Shown in pieces: positions 18,953 through 27,843 of a stretch of DNA of 64,000 nucleotides. Under the pieces are notes generated by a model. It ran no database searches. It was not told the origin of the DNA and saw only the letters and a program-made list of their open reading frames with translations. The stretch is from an uncultured bacterium (GTDB taxonomy: Bacteria; Fidelibacterota; Marinisomatia; SCGC-AAA003-L08; TS1B11), in the NCBI GenBank assembly GCA_965372015.1, contig CBDVAP010000002.1, positions 568-64,567 on the forward strand, written 5' to 3'. The position numbers and the translations under genes are program-made. Every line of letters starts with the position of its first letter. Within the stretch, counting starts at the first letter, position 1.

Positions 18953-20011
18953 TCAAGCGGCCGGACGGGAAGCCTCGAATTTGGCTTTCTGCTCCTGGAA
19001 ATAGTTGTCCTCCGGCTGCAGTTTGATGCACACTGTGATCACTTCCAGGGCCTCGTCCACCCGTCCCAGCTTCCATAATACCTCGGCCTCGGTGTCCAAT
19101 ATTCCCGCCCGGCTCTCCGCCTCATCCTTTGCAGCCAGTTCCACACCCAACCGGACCCGCTCCAGGGCGTCCTCCAGGTTCTGTTCCAACTGGGTCATGC
19201 GCCAGGCATAGCTGTTCAACAGTCGCGGGGTGGCCGCCTCGATCTGAATACTGTAGTTCACCAGCTGCTTAAAACTGGCCGCTTCCGCCAGGATATCGCG
19301 CCGGGACCGGTAAATTTGAACCACCCCCTGCATCGCTTGGGCGGCGTACTCGCCCTCAGGTACAGCCTCCAGATAGGCGTCCAAGGGGTCGGTGATACTG
19401 TCCGTCAGGGCCAAGGCTTCGGCCACCTTGAATTCGCCCAACCGGCCTTCAGGTGAGTTGTCCTTGGATAGCAGCTGAACGCTGCGCCACACGTCAAACG
19501 CCTGGGCGTATGCCCCCCGATCATCCAACTTCCAGCCGTAACGCAGGAAAGCGTCCAGGTCGTGCGGATTCTTCTCGACATCCGCCCGAATACTTTCCAG
19601 TGTATTTTTGCCACTGGTAATGCGGTTTAATTCCTCCAGGAATCTGTCCGGCGGCAGATAGCCGATGATCCGATCCACCTCGCCACCCGTGGCCCGGGCG
19701 AAAACAACAGTGGGATATCCCGTGATATGATACCGCTCAGCCAGGTCCACACCCTCGCCCTTCTCGGCGTCAATCCTCATGCTCAGGAAACTATCCTCGG
19801 CGAAGGCCATCACCCGCTGGTCAGGGAACGTAACGGCATCCAGCCGTTTGCACCATACTCACCACTCGGTGTAGAAATCGAGCATAATCATATTTTCCCC
19901 GGCGGTGGCCCGGGCCTCGGCAAAGGTCCCTTGAAACCATTTGAAACTGGGCTGGGAGCCACAGCCCCACATCATGGCAGAAAGGGCGAATATTGAAAGC
20001 GTTCGTTTCAT
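18953..20011 (-). CDS. Exported thioredoxin-fold + TPR protein with an in-frame UGA (candidate selenocysteine) at codon 51
   Basis: The track ORF 18953..19813 is extended in the same frame to the ATG at 20011. This gives MKRTLSIFALSAMMWGCGSQ (lipoprotein-like signal) ...MIMLDFYTEW-[TGA 19859-19861]-VWCKRLDAVTF..., so the TGA sits at the first Cys of WCxxC. The downstream part has the thioredoxin-fold GYPT motif and then TPR-like repeats. Confidence 0.7.
19832..19848 (-). promoter_or_regulatory. SECIS-like hairpin
   Basis: AACGGC-UGGAU-GCCGUU, 17 nt. It begins at the 11th nt after the UGA. The loop contains GG. Confidence 0.55.
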
Positions 20012-20185
20012 CTTTAGGATATCCAATCGGTAGCTATTAGATCAGGGGCAATTCCGTCACAAAACATTCCGAAATCATCTTTGGTCCTACCCGGCGGAGT
20101 TTAAGGGGGAACTTCCCGGCCTGCAAACAGCTTTAAGGTCTGGAAACCACCTGGACTGAAACAAATTTGATAACGAGGGCCTCAA

Positions 20186-21037
20186 ATGAGTGCTGCAAAC
20201 ATCAGGCAAGTCAGTGCCGGGATCTCCGGTCAACCCACCACCGACGGCGCCGGGGTAAATCTCACTCGCTTCATCGGTTCCCCGGAGCTCCTTAACCTGG
20301 ATCCATTCCTGCTACTGGATGAGTTCCGTAGCGCCGACTCTGGCGATTACCAGGCCGGTTTCCCGAACCACCCCCATCGCGGCTTCGAAACGGTCACCTA
20401 TCTTAAGGCCGGGCGCTTCCGCCACCGCGACTCACAAGGCAACCAAGGGCTCCTCACTCCCGGTGGCGTCCAATGGATGACTGCCGGCCGGGGCATCATC
20501 CACAGCGAAATGCCGGAAACCACCGAGGGTCTGGTATGGGGCTACCAGTTGTGGGTCAATCTACCCGCCGAGCACAAGTTCGCGACGCCCCGCTACCAGG
20601 ACATCCCGCCCGAACAGGTGCCGGAAGTGTCCGATAACGGCGCCAAGGTAAGGTTGATAACCGGGGATTACGGGGGCCAATCAGGTCCGGTCCAAACCTG
20701 GATTTCCACCCTTTATTTCGACATCGAACTGGAACCCGGCGCTGTATTCACCCACCCGGTACCGCCGGACCTGAGCGCTTTTGTGCACTTGTATTCGGGG
20801 AGCCTGACAGCCGGTCCAAAGACTGAACCTCAAGTGGCCCAGGCCAGCCGGTTGCTTGTACTGGGCGCGGGTGACACTGTTCGCCTCCAGGGGGGACCGC
20901 AAGGGGCCGGCTGTCTGCTGGTGGCCGGTGAGCGCCTGGATGAGCCTATCGTCCGGGCGGGACCGTTTGTGCTCAACACCCGTGAGCAGCTGGAACAGGC
21001 TTTCCGCGATTACCAGGCCGGGGTGCTGGACCGCTAA
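20186..21037 (+). CDS. Pirin-family protein
   Basis: GFPNHPHRGFETVTYLKAGRFRHRDSQGN cupin metal-binding signature; 283 aa. Confidence 0.9.
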   Translation: MSAANIRQVSAGISGQPTTDGAGVNLTRFIGSPELLNLDPFLLLDEFRSADSGDYQAGFPNHPHRGFETVTYLKAGRFRHRDSQGNQGLLTPGGVQWMTAGRGIIHSEMPETTEGLVWGYQLWVNLPAEHKFATPRYQDIPPEQVPEVSDNGAKVRLITGDYGGQSGPVQTWISTLYFDIELEPGAVFTHPVPPDLSAFVHLYSGSLTAGPKTEPQVAQASRLLVLGAGDTVRLQGGPQGAGCLLVAGERLDEPIVRAGPFVLNTREQLEQAFRDYQAGVLDR

Positions 21038-21078
21038 GCTGCTGGTCGATTCGACCCCTTGGCCCCGCCGCCGCCCCC

Positions 21079-22305
21079 CTATCTACCCCGACCGCTATCC
21101 GCCCAGCGGAAGTCCTCTCCCGTTTCTCGCTGGAACACGCTCAGCCCAAACTCCGGCGCCACCGCCAGGATATGGTCGAATATGTCGGCCTGAATGGCTT
21201 CGTATTGCTCCCAGCGGGTGTCGCTGATGAATAGGTAAATCTCGATGGGCAGTCCTTCCGACCTGGGGGGTAGTTGCCGCACTATCAGGGTCATGTCCTG
21301 CCGGATCTGGGGATGGTGGCGCAGGTAGCCCTCCAGGTAGGCCCGGAAGGTGCCCACATTGGTCAGCCGCCGCCCGTTGATCAATTCGCTGGCGTCCACA
21401 CCCCGCTCCTGATTATACCGGGCCACCTCATCCCGCTTCCGGCGGATGTAGTCGGCTATGTAGTCGAATTTCTCGAACCGCTCCAGCATTTGCTCGTCGC
21501 ACAACCGGATGCTGGACACGTTGATGGATATCGACCGCTTGATCCTCCGGCCGCCGCTCTGGAACATTCCCCGCCAGTTCTTGAACGAGGTCTCCAGCAG
21601 CTTATGGGTGGGGATCATGGTAATGGTCTTGTCCCAGTTCTGCACCTTGATGGTGTGCAGGGCAATATCGATTACGTCGCCGTCCGCATCGAACTCGGGG
21701 ACTTCTATCCAGTCCCCCACCCGCATCAGGTCGTTGGAGCTGATCTGCAGGCTGGCCACGAAGGAGAGCAGGGTATCACGGAATACGAGCAGCAGCACGG
21801 CAGTAAGGGCCCCCACGCCACTGAGCAGTACCCAGGGCGAGCGGCCCATCAGCAGCGAAACCACCATGATCATCCCCAAGATATACAGCCCCAGCTTGAT
21901 CACCTGCAGGTAGCTTTTCAGCCCCAACCGTTGAGCGAACTCGGTGTGCTCGAAAATGTCGTGTCCGGCATTCAGCAGGGCGCTGATCACCAGTACCACC
22001 AGCCAGGCGATCATCGCCGAGAGCAGTCGCTCCAGCGGTGTAGCGTAGGCTGGCAACAGCGCCGTAAAGTAAAACAGTACCAGCACCGGAATAATGTAGG
22101 CCAACCGGTGAAAGACCTGCCGCCGCAGCAGAATGTCGTCCCACTGGGTGGCACTGCGCTTGATCAGACTGGTCAGAGTGCGCCGGATGATCACCCGGGT
22201 CGCCAGGTACGAAAGAATGCTGAGAGCCAGCACCCCCGCCAGGGCCAGGTAACGGCCCCAGTCAAGTTGTCCCGGTAACCAGCTGGTTATATCATTAGGG
22301 GACAT
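21079..22305 (-). CDS. MscS-family mechanosensitive channel
   Basis: N-terminal TM helices followed by VGDWIEV...GDVIDIALHTIKVQNWDKTITMIPTHKLL, a typical MscS beta-domain. Confidence 0.85.
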   Translation of the reverse strand: MSPNDITSWLPGQLDWGRYLALAGVLALSILSYLATRVIIRRTLTSLIKRSATQWDDILLRRQVFHRLAYIIPVLVLFYFTALLPAYATPLERLLSAMIAWLVVLVISALLNAGHDIFEHTEFAQRLGLKSYLQVIKLGLYILGMIMVVSLLMGRSPWVLLSGVGALTAVLLLVFRDTLLSFVASLQISSNDLMRVGDWIEVPEFDADGDVIDIALHTIKVQNWDKTITMIPTHKLLETSFKNWRGMFQSGGRRIKRSISINVSSIRLCDEQMLERFEKFDYIADYIRRKRDEVARYNQERGVDASELINGRRLTNVGTFRAYLEGYLRHHPQIRQDMTLIVRQLPPRSEGLPIEIYLFISDTRWEQYEAIQADIFDHILAVAPEFGLSVFQRETGEDFRWADSGRGR

Positions 22306-22448
22306 CGCAAGCCTGCCTTTCAGTCATTTTCATGCTCATCATTAATCCGCCCGGTCCGTCGCTCACCAAGGTCAGGCTGCCAGCTCACGGTCCACGTTCT
22401 CAAATTTATCCGACTTTACCCCCCAATGTTGAACAATAATTGGCTCGT

Positions 22449-23768
22449 CTATCTCTCGGCCGGTATCCCCGCCTTACGGTTCTGCCGCCGCCAATACAGC
22501 CGATAATAAGCTAGCGCTCTGCGCCCCAACGGTATATCCTGCAACCTTGCGAGCCACTCCTCCCGAGCGCTATCGGCCCGGGCAAAGGCTGACTGGGTGC
22601 ACCCCCAGGGGTCGGTAGCTTCCTTGGCTTGGCTCATGAATTCCTCCTCCAGACGATCCCGGTCATCGCAAAAAGCAGCCAGCCGGGCCGAAAAATCGAA
22701 CAGCACCGCCCGGTGCAACCGCTCGTGCCGCCACCACAGGCTCTCTCCATCAAATTTACCAGTGGGCTCGCCCTGGGTAGCTAGCACTGCCCCCTCGAAC
22801 CACAGTGGCTTGAACACCCCCGTGCAGGGAGCCGATGTGCCGGTCACCCAGTAGGTATGGCGCCCAGGGGCCAGGTGGGCGATGAGCGATCCGGTGGACT
22901 GGGTTGCATGGCGGCTCACCGGGTTGGCGGCGTGGGCGCACAGCCGGTCGATCAACAGGTGGCGATCAGGGCGGTAGTTTGCCGTGCCGTGGTCCCGCAA
23001 TAAACCCATGGCCGCCCGCAGGTTAAACCGGCCAGGTTGTTCTCCCAACCTCTCAAGCGTCCGCCCACGCCGCTTCCGGCAGGCCGTGAAGGTGTGGTAG
23101 AACCAGTCGGCATAGCAGCGGGCGAAGTGGAACGTCTCGCCGCGCTTGAGCCAACCCTTTCGCCGGGCGGTCTCGATCAGGTCCGGGTGCTGTTCATCTA
23201 TCTGCTCCCCGATGGTCAAGCCGTTGCTGATGGCATACATATCCCGCACTTTGATGGCCGCCCACAAAGGCCCGGCGATCTCCAGTACCCAGGCCTCATT
23301 GGGATCAGCTATAATGTAGCTGTTGTGGTAGGTGGCCTTTTTATCCTCATAGCCGCAGATGCCGCCTTGACCGTGGTCAGCCAGCAGTTGCACCATGACC
23401 TCCAGAGCCGCCGGGGCAGTTTTCGCCCGCTCCAGCGCCAGCCGCAGCAAGTCCATACCGGTCAGGGCCGCCCCCCGGTTGAGTGGCATCCGGGACCAGA
23501 CTGCTTCATTCCCGATCACCACCCCATGCTCGTTAGCCCCCATTTCCGCGCCCCACATCCAGAAGGGCCGGCTCAGTAGCACCCCATTAGTCGCGGAGGT
23601 CTGGGGAATCTCAATGTAGGTGCATCGTACTTTGGCGCCACGAGAATGATCGGCGGCAGGATGGTACTCCAGGACTTGGGCTTCATTGGGCTCCCGGTCG
23701 CTGTTCTTGCCGAAGATCAGGGCGCCGTCGGCAGTGGCTGAGGGCAGTGCCACGAATATATCACACAT
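22449..23768 (-). CDS. Peptidase C69 / secernin-like Ntn-hydrolase
   Basis: MCDIFVALP...DGALIFGKNSDREPNEAQ has a nucleophile Cys at position 2 and matches the secernin/C69 N-terminal pattern. Confidence 0.7.
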   Translation of the reverse strand: MCDIFVALPSATADGALIFGKNSDREPNEAQVLEYHPAADHSRGAKVRCTYIEIPQTSATNGVLLSRPFWMWGAEMGANEHGVVIGNEAVWSRMPLNRGAALTGMDLLRLALERAKTAPAALEVMVQLLADHGQGGICGYEDKKATYHNSYIIADPNEAWVLEIAGPLWAAIKVRDMYAISNGLTIGEQIDEQHPDLIETARRKGWLKRGETFHFARCYADWFYHTFTACRKRRGRTLERLGEQPGRFNLRAAMGLLRDHGTANYRPDRHLLIDRLCAHAANPVSRHATQSTGSLIAHLAPGRHTYWVTGTSAPCTGVFKPLWFEGAVLATQGEPTGKFDGESLWWRHERLHRAVLFDFSARLAAFCDDRDRLEEEFMSQAKEATDPWGCTQSAFARADSAREEWLARLQDIPLGRRALAYYRLYWRRQNRKAGIPAER

Positions 23769-23999
23769 GGGTCACCTGCCGATCATACCTTGCAGGGGAG
23801 ATAATCCTCTGCGCTGTGGTCCCACAATAAGCCTTTGTCCGCCCGCAATTAATAATTCCCCCAAGTTTAAAGGTCACTTCTCATGCCCCTCAATTGTCCA
23901 AATTACCTTTTTTATAGGTGCTGGTACTCACTAATATATTACTTCGTGAAATTCAACTCAACATCACTAAATAACTACTGATCAAAGTCGGAGTGGTAT

Positions 24000-24125
24000 A
24001 TGCAGGAAATCAGCCGGGAAGAACTAAAGGGAAAAATTGACCGCAAGGATAACTTCAAGCAGGTAATTACCTTGAGTAAAGAGGCAGTAATCCCTTGGTC
24101 CATCAATGTTACCTCGCCTGAATAG
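24000..24125 (+). pseudogene. Possible rhodanese-domain remnant (41 codons)
   Basis: MQEISREELKGKIDRKDNFKQVITLSKEAVIPWSINVTSPE resembles the start of single-domain rhodaneses (ELK.K.D....F.LI ... IPGSINIP) but is truncated and lacks the active-site loop. Confidence 0.2.
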
Positions 24126-24322
24126 GCCCGGAGTCTGCTTACTGTTGATGATGAAGTGGTGGTATCAGGTTATCCCCTTGAATGTGAGGCAGTCTGATTT
24201 TAACCCAAAATGTCCAAAAAGCTCTAAACCAGTACGCTCGATAACAGGATTCAACGGGCCGCTGTATTACTTCATAAATGATAATTAGCAGATGTATATA
24301 GGAAGGAATCCAACAATTAAAA

Positions 24323-25069
24323 ATGAATAAGAGTAAATTTAAAATAGGATACTCGGACATTGGGGGCGTATACATCGGGAAGAATATACAAGCGGATTTT
24401 CATAAACAGCATACCATAACAATTGTTCTAACTCTTGGTGAACCCTTCAAAATAGCTCTTAAGAACAATAGCGCGAAGACATACATGGTTGTTGTCGTTC
24501 AAAAAGATGTTTGTTACAATTTCTTGAGTAGCAGTAAGAGTTATGAAGTATTCATACACCTTGACCCCTACTCTGAAAGCGGGATCAGTCTGACCCAGAG
24601 TACAAACCTAATACAGGAACTTAGTATTAAACCATTTTCAGAAGTATTGAAGGAATTCCAAGATTGGTTTAGAAGTTCGGAAAATGACGAGAACCGGACA
24701 GAGTTTCTTATAAATAAAGTTTCCTCCATTGCAGCTAACAAGAACCCCGAATCCGTGAATATTGATGATCGCATCAAAAGAAGTATGCAACTGATTAAAC
24801 AAAGTGATACCGATAAATTATCCATAAGCCAAGTAGCCAATGCCGTCAATTTATCACCAAGTCATTTTGCTCATTTATTTAAGGAAGGAACCGGTCTGCC
24901 ATTCAGAAAATTCGTGCTTCATTGCAAACTCATTAAATCGTTACTGGCAATGTACAAACAAAGCAGTTTGACAAAAGCATCCTATCACGGCGGGTTTTCA
25001 GACCAACCACATTTCAGCAGGACATTCAAAAGCGCCTTTGGCATGAAGCCTTCATTGAGTCGCAAATAG
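24323..25069 (+). CDS. AraC-family transcriptional regulator
   Basis: C-terminal double HTH: ISQVANAVNLSPSHFAHLFKEGTGLPFRKF...GFSDQPHFSRTFKSAFGMKPS. The gene is AT-rich. Confidence 0.85.
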   Translation: MNKSKFKIGYSDIGGVYIGKNIQADFHKQHTITIVLTLGEPFKIALKNNSAKTYMVVVVQKDVCYNFLSSSKSYEVFIHLDPYSESGISLTQSTNLIQELSIKPFSEVLKEFQDWFRSSENDENRTEFLINKVSSIAANKNPESVNIDDRIKRSMQLIKQSDTDKLSISQVANAVNLSPSHFAHLFKEGTGLPFRKFVLHCKLIKSLLAMYKQSSLTKASYHGGFSDQPHFSRTFKSAFGMKPSLSRK

Positions 25070-25188
25070 TCAGTTTATTCAAGTATTGGACAGAACTCCT
25101 TAGGAAATTTGCGGTGCTAGATACTATTAGGAGATGAAAGTGATCTTTATTAACGAGCACAATAGAGTTGAGCACGAGGGGTAATTCC

Positions 25189-25599
25189 ATGGACAAGAGA
25201 TTCTTATTCAGCTTTCTGGGGGCATTCATGGTTATGTATGTCCTTGCCTTCTTTTTCCATGTGATCATTGCCGACGGCTATATCCACACGGTATTTGAGA
25301 ATGTTGTCAAACCGGGTGCCCATCATGAGGAATTGTGGGGTATTCTTGTCAACTATTTGATCGTAGCACTGGCAATGGCCTGGATATATCCAAGGGGATA
25401 CGACGGCGGTAGCCCCGTTACGGAAGGCTTTCGCTTTGGCCTGGCCATAGGGATTCTCGTGCATATATCAGCTGCTTTTGCGCTATCCGCTACAATGGAT
25501 ATTTCCTTGAGTGGAATCCTTGGAGACAAGCTATGGCATGTAGTTGAAACAATCTGTGGGGGGATAACAATCGGTCTCATCAGAGGAAAAATGAATTAA
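25189..25599 (+). CDS. Small integral membrane protein (about 4 TM), family unknown
   Basis: MDKRFLFSFLGAFMVMYVLAFFF... with hydrophobic segments throughout. The ATG at 25189 is preferred over the TTG at 25168. Confidence 0.5.
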   Translation: MDKRFLFSFLGAFMVMYVLAFFFHVIIADGYIHTVFENVVKPGAHHEELWGILVNYLIVALAMAWIYPRGYDGGSPVTEGFRFGLAIGILVHISAAFALSATMDISLSGILGDKLWHVVETICGGITIGLIRGKMN

Positions 25600-25623
25600 G
25601 AAAGTATTGGAACGGAGAAAATT

Positions 25624-26271
25624 ATGCAAAAGTTTAGTACCCAGGCAGTTAAGGAAATATACGCAGGCAAAATGGCCAAAAAATATGATTTATCAATGTC
25701 GCACATATTCGGAAGATTCAAAAGGCTGGCATTTGATGACTCATCTTTAAAAAGCGGTGATAGAGTTTTAGTATTTTGCTGTGGAACAGGTTTGGATTTT
25801 CCTCATATTTTAAAAATAATTGGTAAAGATGGAAGAATTACCGGCGTTGACTATTCCCCTGAAATGCTGGCAATAGCAAAGAAGAAAATAAAAAAGTATC
25901 AATGGGATAATATTGAGTTAATCGAAGCAGACACCACTAAATTCAAGGATAAACTTGACAAGGAATTCGATGTTGGTATTTGTACTTTAGGAATGTCAAT
26001 AATACCAGAATACAAATCAGCATACTATAACTTACTTTCTTATATTAAGAAACAAGGAGAAATGATTATTGGCGATGCGCAGCTAGCATCTGGTTGGCTC
26101 GCTCGTTTTAATCCTTTTACCATATTTCTTGCAAAAAGGTATGGTGGAACATATCAAGGTCATCAAAATAGCTTGGTGTTATATTCTATGATGAAAAAGG
26201 AATTAACCGAAGTAAGAAAGAGGGAATTCTTCTTCAAGTCATACTATTACTGTATCGGGAAAACCAATTGA
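25624..26271 (+). CDS. Class I SAM-dependent methyltransferase
   Basis: Motif I VLVFCCGTGLDF, motif II GVDYSPEML; 215 aa; AT-rich. Confidence 0.8.
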   Translation: MQKFSTQAVKEIYAGKMAKKYDLSMSHIFGRFKRLAFDDSSLKSGDRVLVFCCGTGLDFPHILKIIGKDGRITGVDYSPEMLAIAKKKIKKYQWDNIELIEADTTKFKDKLDKEFDVGICTLGMSIIPEYKSAYYNLLSYIKKQGEMIIGDAQLASGWLARFNPFTIFLAKRYGGTYQGHQNSLVLYSMMKKELTEVRKREFFFKSYYYCIGKTN

Positions 26272-26348
26272 AGAAAGATGATGCCCTCACAAATTGCAGT
26301 TGCCCTTTTCCCAAGATGTGACGATGATTCTTTCGTGTATGGCCCGGA

Positions 26349-26882
26349 GTGAAGCATGATAGACCGATTCATGCTATGCCGTTGAAGACTGCCCTACATT
26401 GGGTCATGGTCGGCGTACTGCCCCTGTTGGCGCAGGATACAAGGCTAATAGATTTTTCTATTGAGGACCAATTCGGGTCAATACATATTCGCGCAGAGTA
26501 TAATGACCGATTGGTGGTTGTTATCGGTAGCGACCAGGGCGGTAGTCAGTTTAACCCTCTCTGGGGTGCCGCGATTCATGACGCACTGGGCTCCCATCCC
26601 GATTACGCGAGCATAGGATTCCTGGCCGTGGCTGATGTCAGCAGTGTACCCTTTTTTCTCAAAGGTATTGTCGTGAAAAGGATGTTCCCTTCAGAACAGG
26701 ATCGTTGGGTACTCATGGACTGGGACGGATTGTTTGCCGATACATACGATTTCAGGCCGGACTCAACAAACATTCTCGTTTTTAACCGTCTAGGCCGCCT
26801 CGTGCTCCATGAACAAGGCCGGGAAGTGCAGGTGCACACCATACAGGCCATTGTCAAGGTTCTGACCGATTTACTATACTAG
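26349..26882 (+). CDS. Exported hypothetical protein
   Basis: A signal-like MPLKTALHWVMVGVLPLLAQ lies inside the ORF. No catalytic motif was recognised. Confidence 0.4.
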   Translation: MKHDRPIHAMPLKTALHWVMVGVLPLLAQDTRLIDFSIEDQFGSIHIRAEYNDRLVVVIGSDQGGSQFNPLWGAAIHDALGSHPDYASIGFLAVADVSSVPFFLKGIVVKRMFPSEQDRWVLMDWDGLFADTYDFRPDSTNILVFNRLGRLVLHEQGREVQVHTIQAIVKVLTDLLY

Positions 26883-26910
26883 AATCCCGGCGGCGACGTT
26901 ACCGGAACCT

Positions 26911-27834
26911 TCACCTGTTAATCCTACCCGGCAGGATGAATTCGTACTGGCGCCGTAGCAGGACGGTTTTCAGCCAGCGGTCCAGTCGCCTAAAAGCCAG
27001 AAACAGTGTCCAGATCAGTTTGTCCTCCCGGTAGTATTTATTCGCGTCTTTTACGGTGAGCGGTTGCGAGTCTGCCGGCAAGTGCTGATTAATGACCTCC
27101 AACGCCAGGGGGACTAGTTCGGGCAGCTGCTCCTTGAACAGGTTGGCCGCCAAGTCGATATACACCTGTCGCGGATCGTAGTAGCGTTCCAGCACATCCT
27201 TCAGGAACAGCCAGCGGATGATCCAGCGCAGGAAGGAAGGCGCGCTCTTGAGGAACAACTCCGGGTCAAGCTGTTCCTGGCCGCCCAGCCGCATCAATGG
27301 GGTACTGGTATCGATATAATACAGAGCGGGGCCGCTGTCGTCCGGCCGCCACACCCAGTTGGACAGTTGCCCATCGATAGCCAGCTCCACCTCGGGTGCC
27401 TGCTCGCGATTGAATTGCCACACCTTGGCAATTTCGGCCACCACCGCACCCAGCATCTCCCGCAACTCCTCGTCCGGTAACCGGTGAATGAGCTGGTGGC
27501 AGAACCGCTTATTAGGCAATTGCTCCTGGGCAATGTAGAACACCACCGGCCGCCCGGGCATTTCCACAACGGCGGTATCATCCGCCGGCAGCGTCAGGCC
27601 CGCTACAGTCAGCCGGCGGCAATAGTCATGGTATTGAAGGCGGTATCGTTCCGCCGTGGCCCGCTGATCGAACAACGGCATGCGTTTATAAGCGATACTG
27701 CTGTCCCCCCTGATCTGGAAAACGGTGGAGATCTCGCCGTACCCCAACACAGTAGCCGGCACAGCCGAAGTCTCCAGGTTTAGAGGATCTAGCCCGGCTT
27801 CAAAGGTGGTCAGCAGTTTCTGGTCGATATTCAT
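26911..27834 (-). CDS. Protein-kinase-like-fold (aminoglycoside/choline-kinase-like) hypothetical protein
   Basis: GYGEISTVF...AYKRMP (Gly-loop plus Lys), IDGQLSNW and YYIDTS (catalytic-loop and DFG-like positions). The ATG at 27834 is preferred over the TTG at 27843. It starts about 10 nt after the upstream aminotransferase stop. Confidence 0.4.
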   Translation of the reverse strand: MNIDQKLLTTFEAGLDPLNLETSAVPATVLGYGEISTVFQIRGDSSIAYKRMPLFDQRATAERYRLQYHDYCRRLTVAGLTLPADDTAVVEMPGRPVVFYIAQEQLPNKRFCHQLIHRLPDEELREMLGAVVAEIAKVWQFNREQAPEVELAIDGQLSNWVWRPDDSGPALYYIDTSTPLMRLGGQEQLDPELFLKSAPSFLRWIIRWLFLKDVLERYYDPRQVYIDLAANLFKEQLPELVPLALEVINQHLPADSQPLTVKDANKYYREDKLIWTLFLAFRRLDRWLKTVLLRRQYEFILPGRINR

Positions 27835-27843
27835 TGGCCCCAA

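Noticed and set aside
21274-22278. 334-aa ORF on the + strand
   Set aside because: It is antisense to the MscS-family channel gene. It is Pro/Gly/His/Gln-rich with no recognisable domain, so I treat it as a GC-driven shadow ORF.
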